NCBI GenBank assembly: GCA_020184695.1 | Contig: JAANOX010000271.1 | Span: 62,001 to 126,000, forward strand | Reading direction: 5' to 3' | Length of the DNA stretch: 64,000 nt | Source: Histomonas meleagridis 2922-C6/04-290x | Taxonomy: Eukaryota > Protista > Parabasalia | In this document: positions 31,968 to 41,572 of the stretch, piece by piece | Layout: each line of letters opens with the position of its first letter | How positions within the stretch are numbered: the first letter of the stretch is position 1 | Made by a program: the position numbers and the translations under genes | The notes under the pieces: generated by a model | What the model saw: only the letters and a program-made list of their open reading frames with translations | Database searches by the model: none | Told to the model about the DNA's origin: nothing

Positions 31968-32649
31968 AAAAATGTTTAAATTAACCATCGTCTTAATTGA
32001 AAAAGTTTGCATTTTTTGGTCAAAAAGTGGTTGTTGGAATCGGAATTCCAAGCATTTTAATCGTATATTCAACTGAATTTTACAACACATTCGACTTTTT
32101 CACAACAAATTTGTTTGAAACCGGAACATTTGATCAATTGCAAAAGATCCGAGTGTCAAAATAATTACTCATTCATACGAAAATATAAACCAGATACGAA
32201 TCAAATGAAAATCTTATCTTTTATAAATGGTTTCATCATAAAAATTTTCTAAATTATATCTTTTCAAAACATTGAAGCTTTATCAATTTTGTTCCTTCTT
32301 TTATGAAAACAAACACCAATGATTCGATGTTTTTTGACTCTTTTAAAAAAATTATTGTACGATTCTTTACTAAACGTAATCATTTCTCTTTTAATTTTCT
32401 TATATTTTTATTTGTTTCGTGTTAATCTTTTCTTTTTATTTTATTTTCTTTTAACATCATTTTAATTCTTTTGTTTCTATTTGGGAAAAATGTAAAAACA
32501 TTTGATGAATCAGCTTTTCGACCATGCTCACCATCATTGACAAATGTTATAATTCTATATTCAGTTATAACAATTGGAATTTCTGTATTTAATGCATTGG
32601 AAAATATGACTTTAATTCGATTCATGTTGTAGTGAAAGATCTTTTAGAA

Positions 32650-33515
32650 GTGGTTTCCTAGATTGGCTTACATCTTTTGTTGTTGAAGGTGATGATTGTG
32701 ACACATATTGTTATGGAGGTTCAATTCTTTCTTTAGCAGTTGAACAACTTGATATTCTTTCAATTGGTCTCTAAATGATTTGGTAAAGCTCATCAAATTC
32801 CATCTTCCATTTATAAGGTTGGTAGATATCCAGTTTATACATTTAATGAATATATCAAACAGCCAAAATGTACACTTAATATTGAAAGATTTGAAGGTAA
32901 AGTCATTGTTACATGTGATCCACAATTTAAAGTTGATTGTCATGCAGATCATTCATGGCATTTATTCATTAATGATCTTCCAGGAAAGAATTATAAAGCT
33001 GAACTTTGGCTACATCCACAAGGTTTTCCATTATGGTATGGAAGGAAATAAACCTTCATATCTTACACAACATTCCATTACATGAAAGAAAGAGAATTAA
33101 TGTTAAAGGCTTTGGTATTCGAGAACTTTATGTTGCTGTGGATAGTTCTGCTTCTGAACTTGGTGGTTGGGAAGATTGGGGATTAATTTCATTTAATGAA
33201 ATCCACTCATCTTTATATGATATGAGAATGGGTATGAAAGATCTTTCAACCCATGATACCGAAAACAAAAAACACTTTCCGGAAGGCAAAATGATTATCA
33301 CACATGAAGATTAGGCATTCTTACGAGAACTTGATGGTCAACAAAATATAATATAACTATTGAAGTCGAAGATGGTGTTTATGAAGTTCATTCGCACGTT
33401 GATAACGCTACAACATGGGGAGTTACATTTAAAGTTCCTGATAATCCAGTTGCAACATTAATTTTTGATCATGTAGAAGGAACATTTACTTCAAAAGATG
33501 GAAAAGTTAATTAAC
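32650..33515 (+). pseudogene. Disrupted coding sequence of unknown family
   Basis: Consecutive protein-like segments in changing frames (GFLDWLTSFVVEGDDCDTYCYGG; FGKAHQIPSS...LWLHPQGFPLWYGRK*; INVKGFGIRELYVAVDSS...; EVEDGVYEVHSHVDNATTWG...). Confidence 0.45.
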
Positions 33516-33757
33516 AGGAGAACATATATGTCAATTTGTCAATGGCATGCTTATCCAAAGTTTTTACCTGATATCAGAACACATTATGTAATGACATCAT
33601 TTTTATATCAGGCACAACACTCTCTTTTCTCAAGTGACATGTGCAATTACAAAAATTTGTTAACAGTTGATATGTAAAGTATATAAATATTTACTCAAAA
33701 TATTCTATGAGATAATTCTTAAATTGTATATAAATTAATCTCACGACCACCTAAACA

Positions 33758-33763
33758 TCATTT
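33758..33763 (+). promoter_or_regulatory. Inr element TCATTT upstream of apbE
   Basis: TCATTT four bases before the ATG at 33768; matches the trichomonad TCAYW initiator. Confidence 0.55.
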
Positions 33764-33767
33764 AAAC

Positions 33768-34763
33768 ATGGAAGATGAAGATCGAGTTTACAGTTACACA
33801 ACTGTTTTGATGGGGTCACCAATTTTATTAAAACTTTTTGTCCATGACGAGTCCGTTGCACAAGAAGTATTTAATTTAATCAAACATTTCGAAGATATTT
33901 TTACTGTTAATCGCGATAAATCAGAAGTGATGGATATTAACCATGCAGCTGGTATGTATCCTGTTTCAGTTAGTCAGCCTGTTTATGAGTTAATCAAATG
34001 TGCCAAAGCTTATAGTATGATCCCTGGCAGTGCATTGAATCTCACCATTGGCCCACTTGTTAAACTCTGGAAAATTGGATTTAATGGGAAGTCAGTTCCA
34101 CCACCAAATGAGATCCGTGATCTCTTACCATTAACACGTCCTGACCAAGTTGTACTCAACGACAGTTCCCGTAGTGTTTTTCTTTCGAATTTTGGCATGG
34201 AAATAGATCTTGGAGGCATTGCGAAAGGTTATATAGCTGATTGCGTTCGAGATTTTCTTAAGAAGAAAAAATCTATACATAGCGGCCTTATTAATCTCGG
34301 TGGTAATGTTTATGCAATGTCATCGCCGCTCGGAGATTGGGGAATCGGACTCAAGAAGCCGTTTGCAAAAACTGCCGATGAAGTCGTTGGTGTTATTCAA
34401 GTCTCCAACAAATCTGTTGTGACATCTGGTGTTTATGAGAGATACTTTGAACAGGACGGGAAGATGTATCATCATATTCTTAATCCTGCAACAGGGTATC
34501 CATTAGATAATGAATTGTTAAGTGTAACAATCATATCAAATGATTCATTGGACGGCGATATATGGACAACTATAATATATGGAATGGGCGTTAAGAAAGG
34601 TGTGAAAGAATTAAGCAAAAGAAATGACATAGAAGCAATATTCATTACAAGAAATAATGAAATTATTTATTGCTCAAGTAACATGTTTAGGTTTTCATTG
34701 AAAGATGAAAGCTATAAAGTGATTAATGAAAATGTGGAACAATATGTCAATGAAAAATATTAA
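33768..34763 (+). CDS. apbE: FAD:protein FMN transferase (flavin transferase)
   Basis: LMGS, SEVMDIN, LNLTIGPLVKLWKIGF, IDLGGIAKGYIAD, NLGGN, VVTSGVYERYF, YHHILNPATGYP, SVTIIS, DIWTT: the complete ApbE motif set. No signal peptide or lipobox. Confidence 0.95.
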   Translation: MEDEDRVYSYTTVLMGSPILLKLFVHDESVAQEVFNLIKHFEDIFTVNRDKSEVMDINHAAGMYPVSVSQPVYELIKCAKAYSMIPGSALNLTIGPLVKLWKIGFNGKSVPPPNEIRDLLPLTRPDQVVLNDSSRSVFLSNFGMEIDLGGIAKGYIADCVRDFLKKKKSIHSGLINLGGNVYAMSSPLGDWGIGLKKPFAKTADEVVGVIQVSNKSVVTSGVYERYFEQDGKMYHHILNPATGYPLDNELLSVTIISNDSLDGDIWTTIIYGMGVKKGVKELSKRNDIEAIFITRNNEIIYCSSNMFRFSLKDESYKVINENVEQYVNEKY

Positions 34764-35024
34764 TAGAAATAAAAATTGTTTCTTTTCTTTATAAGCCCTT
34801 TTAATTTATCATGTAAAAAATTTGTTTTGATAGTTGAATTAAATATCAATTTTCAGTGAGATTCTGATATTGGATAAAGATTTAACAAATAGCTTTGATC
34901 GCAAGAAGGAGCTGTTGGCAATTTATTTTATATAAATATTATTGTTTTAATGTTTGGTAAAATTTAGATTTTGAAGATTGTTCGGATAACTAAAAATGCC
35001 ACTTTTAAAATATTAAATTTTTAC

Positions 35025-35903
35025 ATGAAAAATAATCAAAACTTCTTCAAACTACGCAATGGAAGAGATGTTATAGATTTGGCTTCAACTCCAGATAACA
35101 CTGTGAATGAATTAATGCAAGAAATTCGTGTAGTTACAGATGTATTACCTTCAAGGCAACAAATTAGTTATGGCGTTCCTCCACGGCTTCTCCCTAATGA
35201 TGCAGGTTCTCTTGACACTAAACTTTCAGATTTTGGAATTCGTCAACGCACAATATTTATTTTAACACCTCGACAAACACGTGATGCGCCAATCCATGAA
35301 ACGTCCTGTCTCTCTGAAGCCGTTAAAATTCCAATTCCTGCCGATAATTCATGTTTATTTAATTCTATCTCATATCTATGTACAGGTTCATCTAATCGCG
35401 GCCCAGAGCTTCGTTCAGAAATTGTTCACGAAATAAGGACACATCCAGATGTGTACACACCTGCTACACTTGGCTGTTCTGCAGAAGAATATTGTCATAC
35501 GATTCTCGATCCCAAAAACTGGGGCGGCTACATCGAGATGAACATTCTTTCTAAGCTTTTTAATGTCGAAATTTGTGTTATGTACATTGAAGAATGTAAA
35601 ATTATTCCTGTTAATAGTTGTAATGCGACGAAACGAATTTTCATTTTATATGACAACATTCACTACGACGCAGTAGTGTTCAAAGGCTTTGGAGTAAACG
35701 AACGAAGGATTGTGGATGCCAATGACATGAAAGCGTACTCTTTGGCAAGCGAAATGCTGCAGGTACTGCACACGTCAGGCGCATTCACGAACACGAAAAC
35801 TGCAAAGTTAAAGTGCGAGCAGTGCGGGAAGGTGTTCAACGGAAGTAAAGAGGCGGAAAGACACGGAAACGAAACGGGACACGTAAGATTCACTCAATGC
35901 TGA
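35025..35903 (+). CDS. OTU1: OTU1/YOD1-like deubiquitinase
   Basis: Ubiquitin-like N-terminus, IPADNSCLF (catalytic Cys), WGGYIE, YDNIHYD (His), C-terminal C2H2 finger CEQC...HGNETGH. Confidence 0.9.
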   Translation: MKNNQNFFKLRNGRDVIDLASTPDNTVNELMQEIRVVTDVLPSRQQISYGVPPRLLPNDAGSLDTKLSDFGIRQRTIFILTPRQTRDAPIHETSCLSEAVKIPIPADNSCLFNSISYLCTGSSNRGPELRSEIVHEIRTHPDVYTPATLGCSAEEYCHTILDPKNWGGYIEMNILSKLFNVEICVMYIEECKIIPVNSCNATKRIFILYDNIHYDAVVFKGFGVNERRIVDANDMKAYSLASEMLQVLHTSGAFTNTKTAKLKCEQCGKVFNGSKEAERHGNETGHVRFTQC

Positions 35904-36280
35904 TATCAATAAAAGTGTTCGCATTAGAGTTTTGGTTTATAAAATGTTGAATTTGTTTGTGGTGAGCGAATCGAAAATTTGGTTATTATGAATTATGGAG
36001 TAGGCATACTTTTCTTAATTGGTAAATACATACTGAAATATATCAAAGTTTCTCTTTGATAATTTTATCATCATCACTTATTAGACTAGCTTAATAACAA
36101 AAAAAAGTGAAAATTTTATTATGGTTTATGTAGCAAAAGGATTTTTCTTATTTGTTGAAAGTTATATATTGAATATTTTGGATTTTATTAATGGTATTTC
36201 AAATGAAAATATGAAAATATTTATATAGACGATTTACCTAAATAGAACCTTTATTTATTATTATATATGATTAAACAAAA

Positions 36281-37723
36281 TTACATTTGTTCAATGAATT
36301 TCTCTTCTTTAAAATCATCTGCAAAAGGATCCTCTTCAATGTTTGATATAGATATTCCTGTTGTGAATGTGTTTGCAGTTTGGTTATCACTTTGTTGTTC
36401 TGATATTTCATTTTCATCAATTTCTTCTTTTTGATTTTTAATTCGAATCAATAACACAATAAGTAATGAAATTATAATAATAACAACAACAATAACGCAA
36501 ACTATTATTGTGATAATTTTTGTTTTGTTATCATTTGTCTGAATTTCATTTCTATAAATAAATGTAAAGAAATTCGAATAGTAATTGTAATATGTCGAAT
36601 AAATAATAACTGTGTAATCATAATAAATAAATTCCGTTTCGATATAAATATATGACGAATTAATCGTAATTAACGAAATTGTTTTTGTTTGTATTTCATA
36701 ATAAGTAAACGAATGCGTAATTGATAATGTAAAAGTTAATAAATATGAAAAAGTTTTCGTTAAATCATTTTGAAGTGATTCAGTAAATGCAAATGACTTT
36801 GAAAATGTATTACTTTGGATAAATGTATGCGGTGCTGAATATGTATTAGAAAGAGAAAATGTGTTTGAAACAGAATATGTATCGCTTCGACTGAATGTGT
36901 GTGATGCTGAAAATGAAATCGTTGAAATTGGATTGCAATTTCCTTCTACACTTTGAACAACATCTAAATTCCCAAATTTTTCATCTACATATGTTGGATA
37001 TGTTATAACTGTTGCTGTAACATTATAAAATGCAGATTCTCCAATACTTGGTTCAGTTTCTCCATAATAATAAATGCATTGAAGATTGTAACAATTACCA
37101 AATGCTGAATTTCCAATTTCTTTAATTCCATATCCAAGTGTTAATATTCTTAAATTAGAACATGTTGAAAATACATAATCGCCAATTGCTGTGACTGAAT
37201 TTGGAATTGTAATGTTTTTGATTGATGAACATAACGAAAATGCTGATCCACCAATTGTTGTGACATTTTCTCCAAAAATAATTATTTCTAAACTTAAGCA
37301 TGACGAAAAAGCATAACCTCCAATATCTGATACTGATTTCCCAAAATCAACTGAAACAACTGATGACCATCCTGAAAACGAACTGCCTGGAATTGAATAA
37401 ATTCCTTCACCAATAATTATAAATTTTGTGTCAGTTTTATATTGGTCAATTTCATTAAAATCATTTGAGTTTATTATTGTTAATGTTGAATTATCATAAA
37501 ATAATTGAAAAGAATTTACAAAAAATATTATAAAAATATTTCCAATTTTTTTGTATTCTTTTATTTTCAATTCATAATTGGTCAAATGTTTTTTCTGAAA
37601 AAGCATTGATTTTTTCAGTTGAAATTTGATACAAACTGCCATTAAAGCCATTGAAAAAGCGGTGGTAACATGAAGTAAAACATTGAATTTCTTTGGCCGT
37701 TCTTTATTATCGTTTTGCATCAA
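36281..37723 (-). CDS. BspA-like LRR surface protein with S/T-rich stalk, TM helix and acidic tail (5' end ambiguous)
   Basis: LRR_5 repeats (IFGENVTTIGGSAFSLC, ITIPNSVTAIGDYVFSTC), SxTFS repeats, TM IIVCVIVVVIIIISLLIVLLI, tail EEDPFADDF. The first ~40 residues correspond to the C-terminus of the upstream paralogous ORF. Confidence 0.85.
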   Translation of the reverse strand: MMQNDNKERPKKFNVLLHVTTAFSMALMAVCIKFQLKKSMLFQKKHLTNYELKIKEYKKIGNIFIIFFVNSFQLFYDNSTLTIINSNDFNEIDQYKTDTKFIIIGEGIYSIPGSSFSGWSSVVSVDFGKSVSDIGGYAFSSCLSLEIIIFGENVTTIGGSAFSLCSSIKNITIPNSVTAIGDYVFSTCSNLRILTLGYGIKEIGNSAFGNCYNLQCIYYYGETEPSIGESAFYNVTATVITYPTYVDEKFGNLDVVQSVEGNCNPISTISFSASHTFSRSDTYSVSNTFSLSNTYSAPHTFIQSNTFSKSFAFTESLQNDLTKTFSYLLTFTLSITHSFTYYEIQTKTISLITINSSYIYIETEFIYYDYTVIIYSTYYNYYSNFFTFIYRNEIQTNDNKTKIITIIVCVIVVVIIIISLLIVLLIRIKNQKEEIDENEISEQQSDNQTANTFTTGISISNIEEDPFADDFKEEKFIEQM

Positions 37724-38160
37724 TTGAAAACATGAAAATTCTTTCTGTATTAAAAGTATATCAGTGTTACACTTAATAAATGCTTCTCTAAAGCATTGAT
37801 AATCACAAATTTCCGAGTTTCAAAGTCATTTTTTTCAATAATCATAATATCAGATTTGAAAAATTCAAGTTTGCTGGCAAAACTGTGGTATATTTTTGAC
37901 GTACATTTACTGTTAGTTGTAAAAAACCAAAATAAATGGTTCATCAAAACTTTATAATAATTGTTAAATCTTTTCATGTTTTCCTTCATAATTTCATAAA
38001 TTGATACTTCTACATGCTGCGAATGTAATAGGTCTTCCTTGTTTTCGTTGGTTTGTATATATAATATTTTTCTGGGGTTAAAAAACAGGATTCCAAGCAT
38101 AGTAACGGTTCTAAATAGCTTTATTACATTGGAAATGAATCGTAAATGAAGGGCTTTCAT
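37590..38160 (-). pseudogene. Frameshifted paralogue of ORF 46856-47437
   Basis: Collinear peptide similarity (MKALHLRFISNVIK vs MKTLQMLFISNIIK; NDNKERPKKFN vs NDKTDRPFKFN); about a 1-nt deletion near 37770. Confidence 0.6.
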
Positions 38161-38748
38161 GCTTCAAATTGTAATCTTGCACAAGGCCTTTACCAAATAC
38201 ACATCGGCTCATACAAAAGTTGAAAATTTCACGGTTAAACTATAAAAAAATCATTGCTTTTTATGAAGTTTTTCTATTTAAGCAAAATCTTCGTATCAAT
38301 ATTTCAAGACAACAATGAAATTAACTGTATAAAAAAAAAATTATTTATCCACTTTTAAATAATGCAATGAATATATGTTATTCTTCGAAACATGAGCTTT
38401 CATTTGATATTTTGTTTGTACAAATATTTCATTTTAATCATATGAAATCAATATTTTTTTAATCAATGATACATGTGCTAAATTTTTGGGTCATTAATAA
38501 GAAAGTTATGAATGTAAACAATACATACGAGTATATGACAAACATTTACGCAAATGTTTGATGAAATATATTTATTTTTGATATAATAATTTGCTAAATT
38601 TAAATCATAAAGAATATCTATAATAAAAATGTTATAACAATTCATTATATTTCTCTTGTTGTATTTATACAAAGTGAATTTTCACATTAAAACAATTTGC
38701 ATATGCAAATGAAATATTATTAAAAATTCATAGCATTCAACGAAGATT

Positions 38749-40656
38749 TTATTGTTTTTTCGGAATAAGTGCATCTTTCAGCTTCTGTATATTTGGGTAT
38801 TCCGCATCGATAATTCTTTTTGCGTCTTCATTTGATCTATTTTTAATTGAATCGCTTAATGTATTTAACAATTTCAACAATTCTTCAATTAAACCTTTCT
38901 TATTATTACTCATGTCTTCAACATCTGTTTTATATTTCTGTTGTAGTTTTGTAATTTTTTCTTCTAAAGTTTCCACTTTTTGATCGAGCGACCGTTTATC
39001 TGTGTTGTACTGTTTGATGGCGCCCAAAAAGTCCGTAACCTTCTGGATGTCGTTCTTAATATCTTTCAGACGTCTGTCCCAGGACCTAAGCTCTTCTTCA
39101 ACAAGTGACATTGTCTTAAACTTAATATTTAATTCATCAGATAATCTTGATAGAGATTCCTTATATATGGCTTGCCTATCAGAAACTTTCTTCGATTTCT
39201 TATGAACTGTTTGTATCTGTTGTATTAATCTTTGGTATTCTCTGAGTTGCATTCGATAATATGCATTAAGAGCTACCTCTTGCTGTGACTTAGGAAGTGA
39301 CTCAGAAAACTGTTGGAATGTACTGAAATCACCTACATCAATGTTTGGGATTTCCAAATTACCTTTTGAGTTTAAGATTTTTATTTGTTGCTTATAGAGA
39401 TCGATTTCCATTTTTCGCTCCTTTTTAGTCTTTTCAAGTATATATTGTGATTGTTGAAGCTTAAGGGTAAGCTGAATTTCAATTTGATCAGCAAGATATG
39501 CTAATGAATTTGGTATTGGTTTTATGAAATTTGGATACTTTAAAATAACTTCTGAAGCTATTTCAGATAATTCTTCCCTAAGTTTAGTTGTCTTTTTAAT
39601 GAGATTTTTCTTCTTTTCTTCTGAGAAATATTCTTTAATTTCATTAATTGGCGAATTTTTATCATTGCTGTACTTCTCTAGTTGGCCAATCATTGAGCGA
39701 AGAGAAGCATTCTCTTTCTTAAGATTATTAAGGAATTCGTTATCGTTCTCCGAGTTGAGGTGATATTCCCTCTCCTTCAAACGGAGTTTGTCAAATAAAT
39801 CGTCCAAAGCACTGAAGGGCTCATTTTGCTTGACCACTGTTAGAGTATCAGACACTTGAAGAAGGCCAAGAGAACAGCCAATCAATGGTGAATCACAGTC
39901 AACAATAGAAACTTGCTCCCATTCATCTTTATATTTCCATACTTCATTATAAAATTGATTTTCAGCACCAATACCACCGGCAATATAAAAGACATCACCT
40001 TGGATAAAGGAAACAGAGTCATGACGACATGGTGGAAATCTTTTATTTTCAATAAGATTCCATTTTGGATTTTCTGGGAAAAGAGAATAATCAAGCTGCC
40101 ATAAGTCTCCCAATGGAGTTCGGTCATGGGCTAGACCTCCATAAAGCCAAATTGAATTTCGGAATGGAATCATTGTATGTCCTGTTCTTGGGCAAGGGAA
40201 ATCACCCCTATGTTCTATTTCGTTGTAAGTGTATGTATTTTCATTAATTGTATAAATTAACATTGTAGTTGAAATGTTGAGACCATTGAAACCTCCGTAC
40301 ACATAAATAATATTTCCATTAGCTGCTGAACGGTGATTACTAAGTATTTTTGCTGGAGGCTGTGTAGTTGTGAGTTGTGTCCAACTGGATTTTTTGATGT
40401 CAAATTTCCAGATTTCTGTATAATGAATGCCAAAACCATCTCCACCAATAAGAATTATGGCTGTATCATTGATAGCTGTGCAGCTAAAATTTGATCTGTT
40501 AGAAGGAGAAGATCCCTTAATTTCGACTTCTTTGACTTTAGAATTTAATGAAGAATTATATACTTTAAGGTACCCATCTTTGGAAGAAGCTACTATATAT
40601 ACTTGGTCATTTGAACAAATGTATTGCTGGCCAAGGGAGATGGGAATATCAGTCAT
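38749..40656 (-). CDS. Kelch-repeat beta-propeller plus C-terminal coiled-coil protein
   Basis: ILIGG, YVYGGF, RTGHT, WLYGG, YIAGG Kelch signatures; heptad-rich C-terminal half. Confidence 0.85.
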   Translation of the reverse strand: MTDIPISLGQQYICSNDQVYIVASSKDGYLKVYNSSLNSKVKEVEIKGSSPSNRSNFSCTAINDTAIILIGGDGFGIHYTEIWKFDIKKSSWTQLTTTQPPAKILSNHRSAANGNIIYVYGGFNGLNISTTMLIYTINENTYTYNEIEHRGDFPCPRTGHTMIPFRNSIWLYGGLAHDRTPLGDLWQLDYSLFPENPKWNLIENKRFPPCRHDSVSFIQGDVFYIAGGIGAENQFYNEVWKYKDEWEQVSIVDCDSPLIGCSLGLLQVSDTLTVVKQNEPFSALDDLFDKLRLKEREYHLNSENDNEFLNNLKKENASLRSMIGQLEKYSNDKNSPINEIKEYFSEEKKKNLIKKTTKLREELSEIASEVILKYPNFIKPIPNSLAYLADQIEIQLTLKLQQSQYILEKTKKERKMEIDLYKQQIKILNSKGNLEIPNIDVGDFSTFQQFSESLPKSQQEVALNAYYRMQLREYQRLIQQIQTVHKKSKKVSDRQAIYKESLSRLSDELNIKFKTMSLVEEELRSWDRRLKDIKNDIQKVTDFLGAIKQYNTDKRSLDQKVETLEEKITKLQQKYKTDVEDMSNNKKGLIEELLKLLNTLSDSIKNRSNEDAKRIIDAEYPNIQKLKDALIPKKQ

Positions 40657-40678
40657 TGAAATTTGTTTTTAAACACGT

Positions 40679-40686
40679 TAACGGTC
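40679..40686 (-). promoter_or_regulatory. M3-like core promoter motif (GACCGTTA)
   Basis: Matches the trichomonad M3 consensus DRCSGTTD about 23 nt upstream of the Kelch ATG. Confidence 0.35.
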
Positions 40687-41572
40687 TCTTCATTCGCAGT
40701 TTTGAATTATTATTTGGTCGGTGCTAAAATGTAATCTTGTGGTTTTATTTACTCAAATTTAATGTAAAAAATAAAATAAAGGCGATGCTGAACTATACCC
40801 CCGGAAAAAATACGTTATTTACGATAGACATTTTATGGTAAAAATGATCGTTCGAAAAAATTTCAAAGAAATGATTTTTGGCAGACGTTGTAAAATTTTG
40901 TATTTAATACAACCGTTTACATTAATTTCACAACCACGTAAAATTATCAAAAAGTTAAAGAGAGGGGGTGCCTCCGGAATTTCTGTTTTGAAAAGTTTAC
41001 TTGATCGCTCACGATTCAACCAAGACAAATTGACGTGAATTGCACAAAATTACTCTAAATTGATCATGAAATTCATTTATTTTGCTTCTTTTATTCTTTC
41101 TTCCTTTGGCTCCCTCGTACTAGTGTACACTATCAGTTGGTATTGGTACAAGAATACTAACTAGTATTGTGCTTTTGATTAATAAAATTCAGTCAAAATA
41201 CAAAACTCAATCAAAAAATTCAGTCACATTCAATTGGTGATTCCCCTAAGTAATTTATTGGGAACTGCATTTTTTTTAAAAAAGTACGACCTGTTGAAAT
41301 TTCGGATGCCGACTTTTTGAAACCTAGGTTTCCTACAATTCGCGAATTCTATCGGCAAACCGATAGAAATATAGAATTTTCTAATATATTTTGCGATGAA
41401 CAAATAATTGGTGACTAATCTCCACTTTTAATCATTGTATTTCTTTATATAATAAAATCCAATAATCCTTCATTAAATGATGCATTATATCCAACATGAT
41501 ATTTTATACATAGTTTTTGCAAAAATTTTTCATCAAATAGATGAATGCATTCATGGAAATTGTTACGGCATC

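Noticed and set aside
32505-32625. CDC50/LEM3-like N-terminal snippet (AFRPCSPSLTNVIILY)
   Set aside because: The resemblance covers fewer than 20 residues and the downstream sequence does not continue the family pattern.
28454-34763. Bacterial contamination of the assembly
   Set aside because: The genes are AT-rich like the host, interleaved with eukaryotic genes, and apbE has an Inr. Considered unlikely but not excluded without reads.
40780-40803. tRNA-like 5' end on the minus strand (GGGGGTATAGTTCAG)
   Set aside because: No anticodon arm, T-arm or 3' acceptor strand follows.
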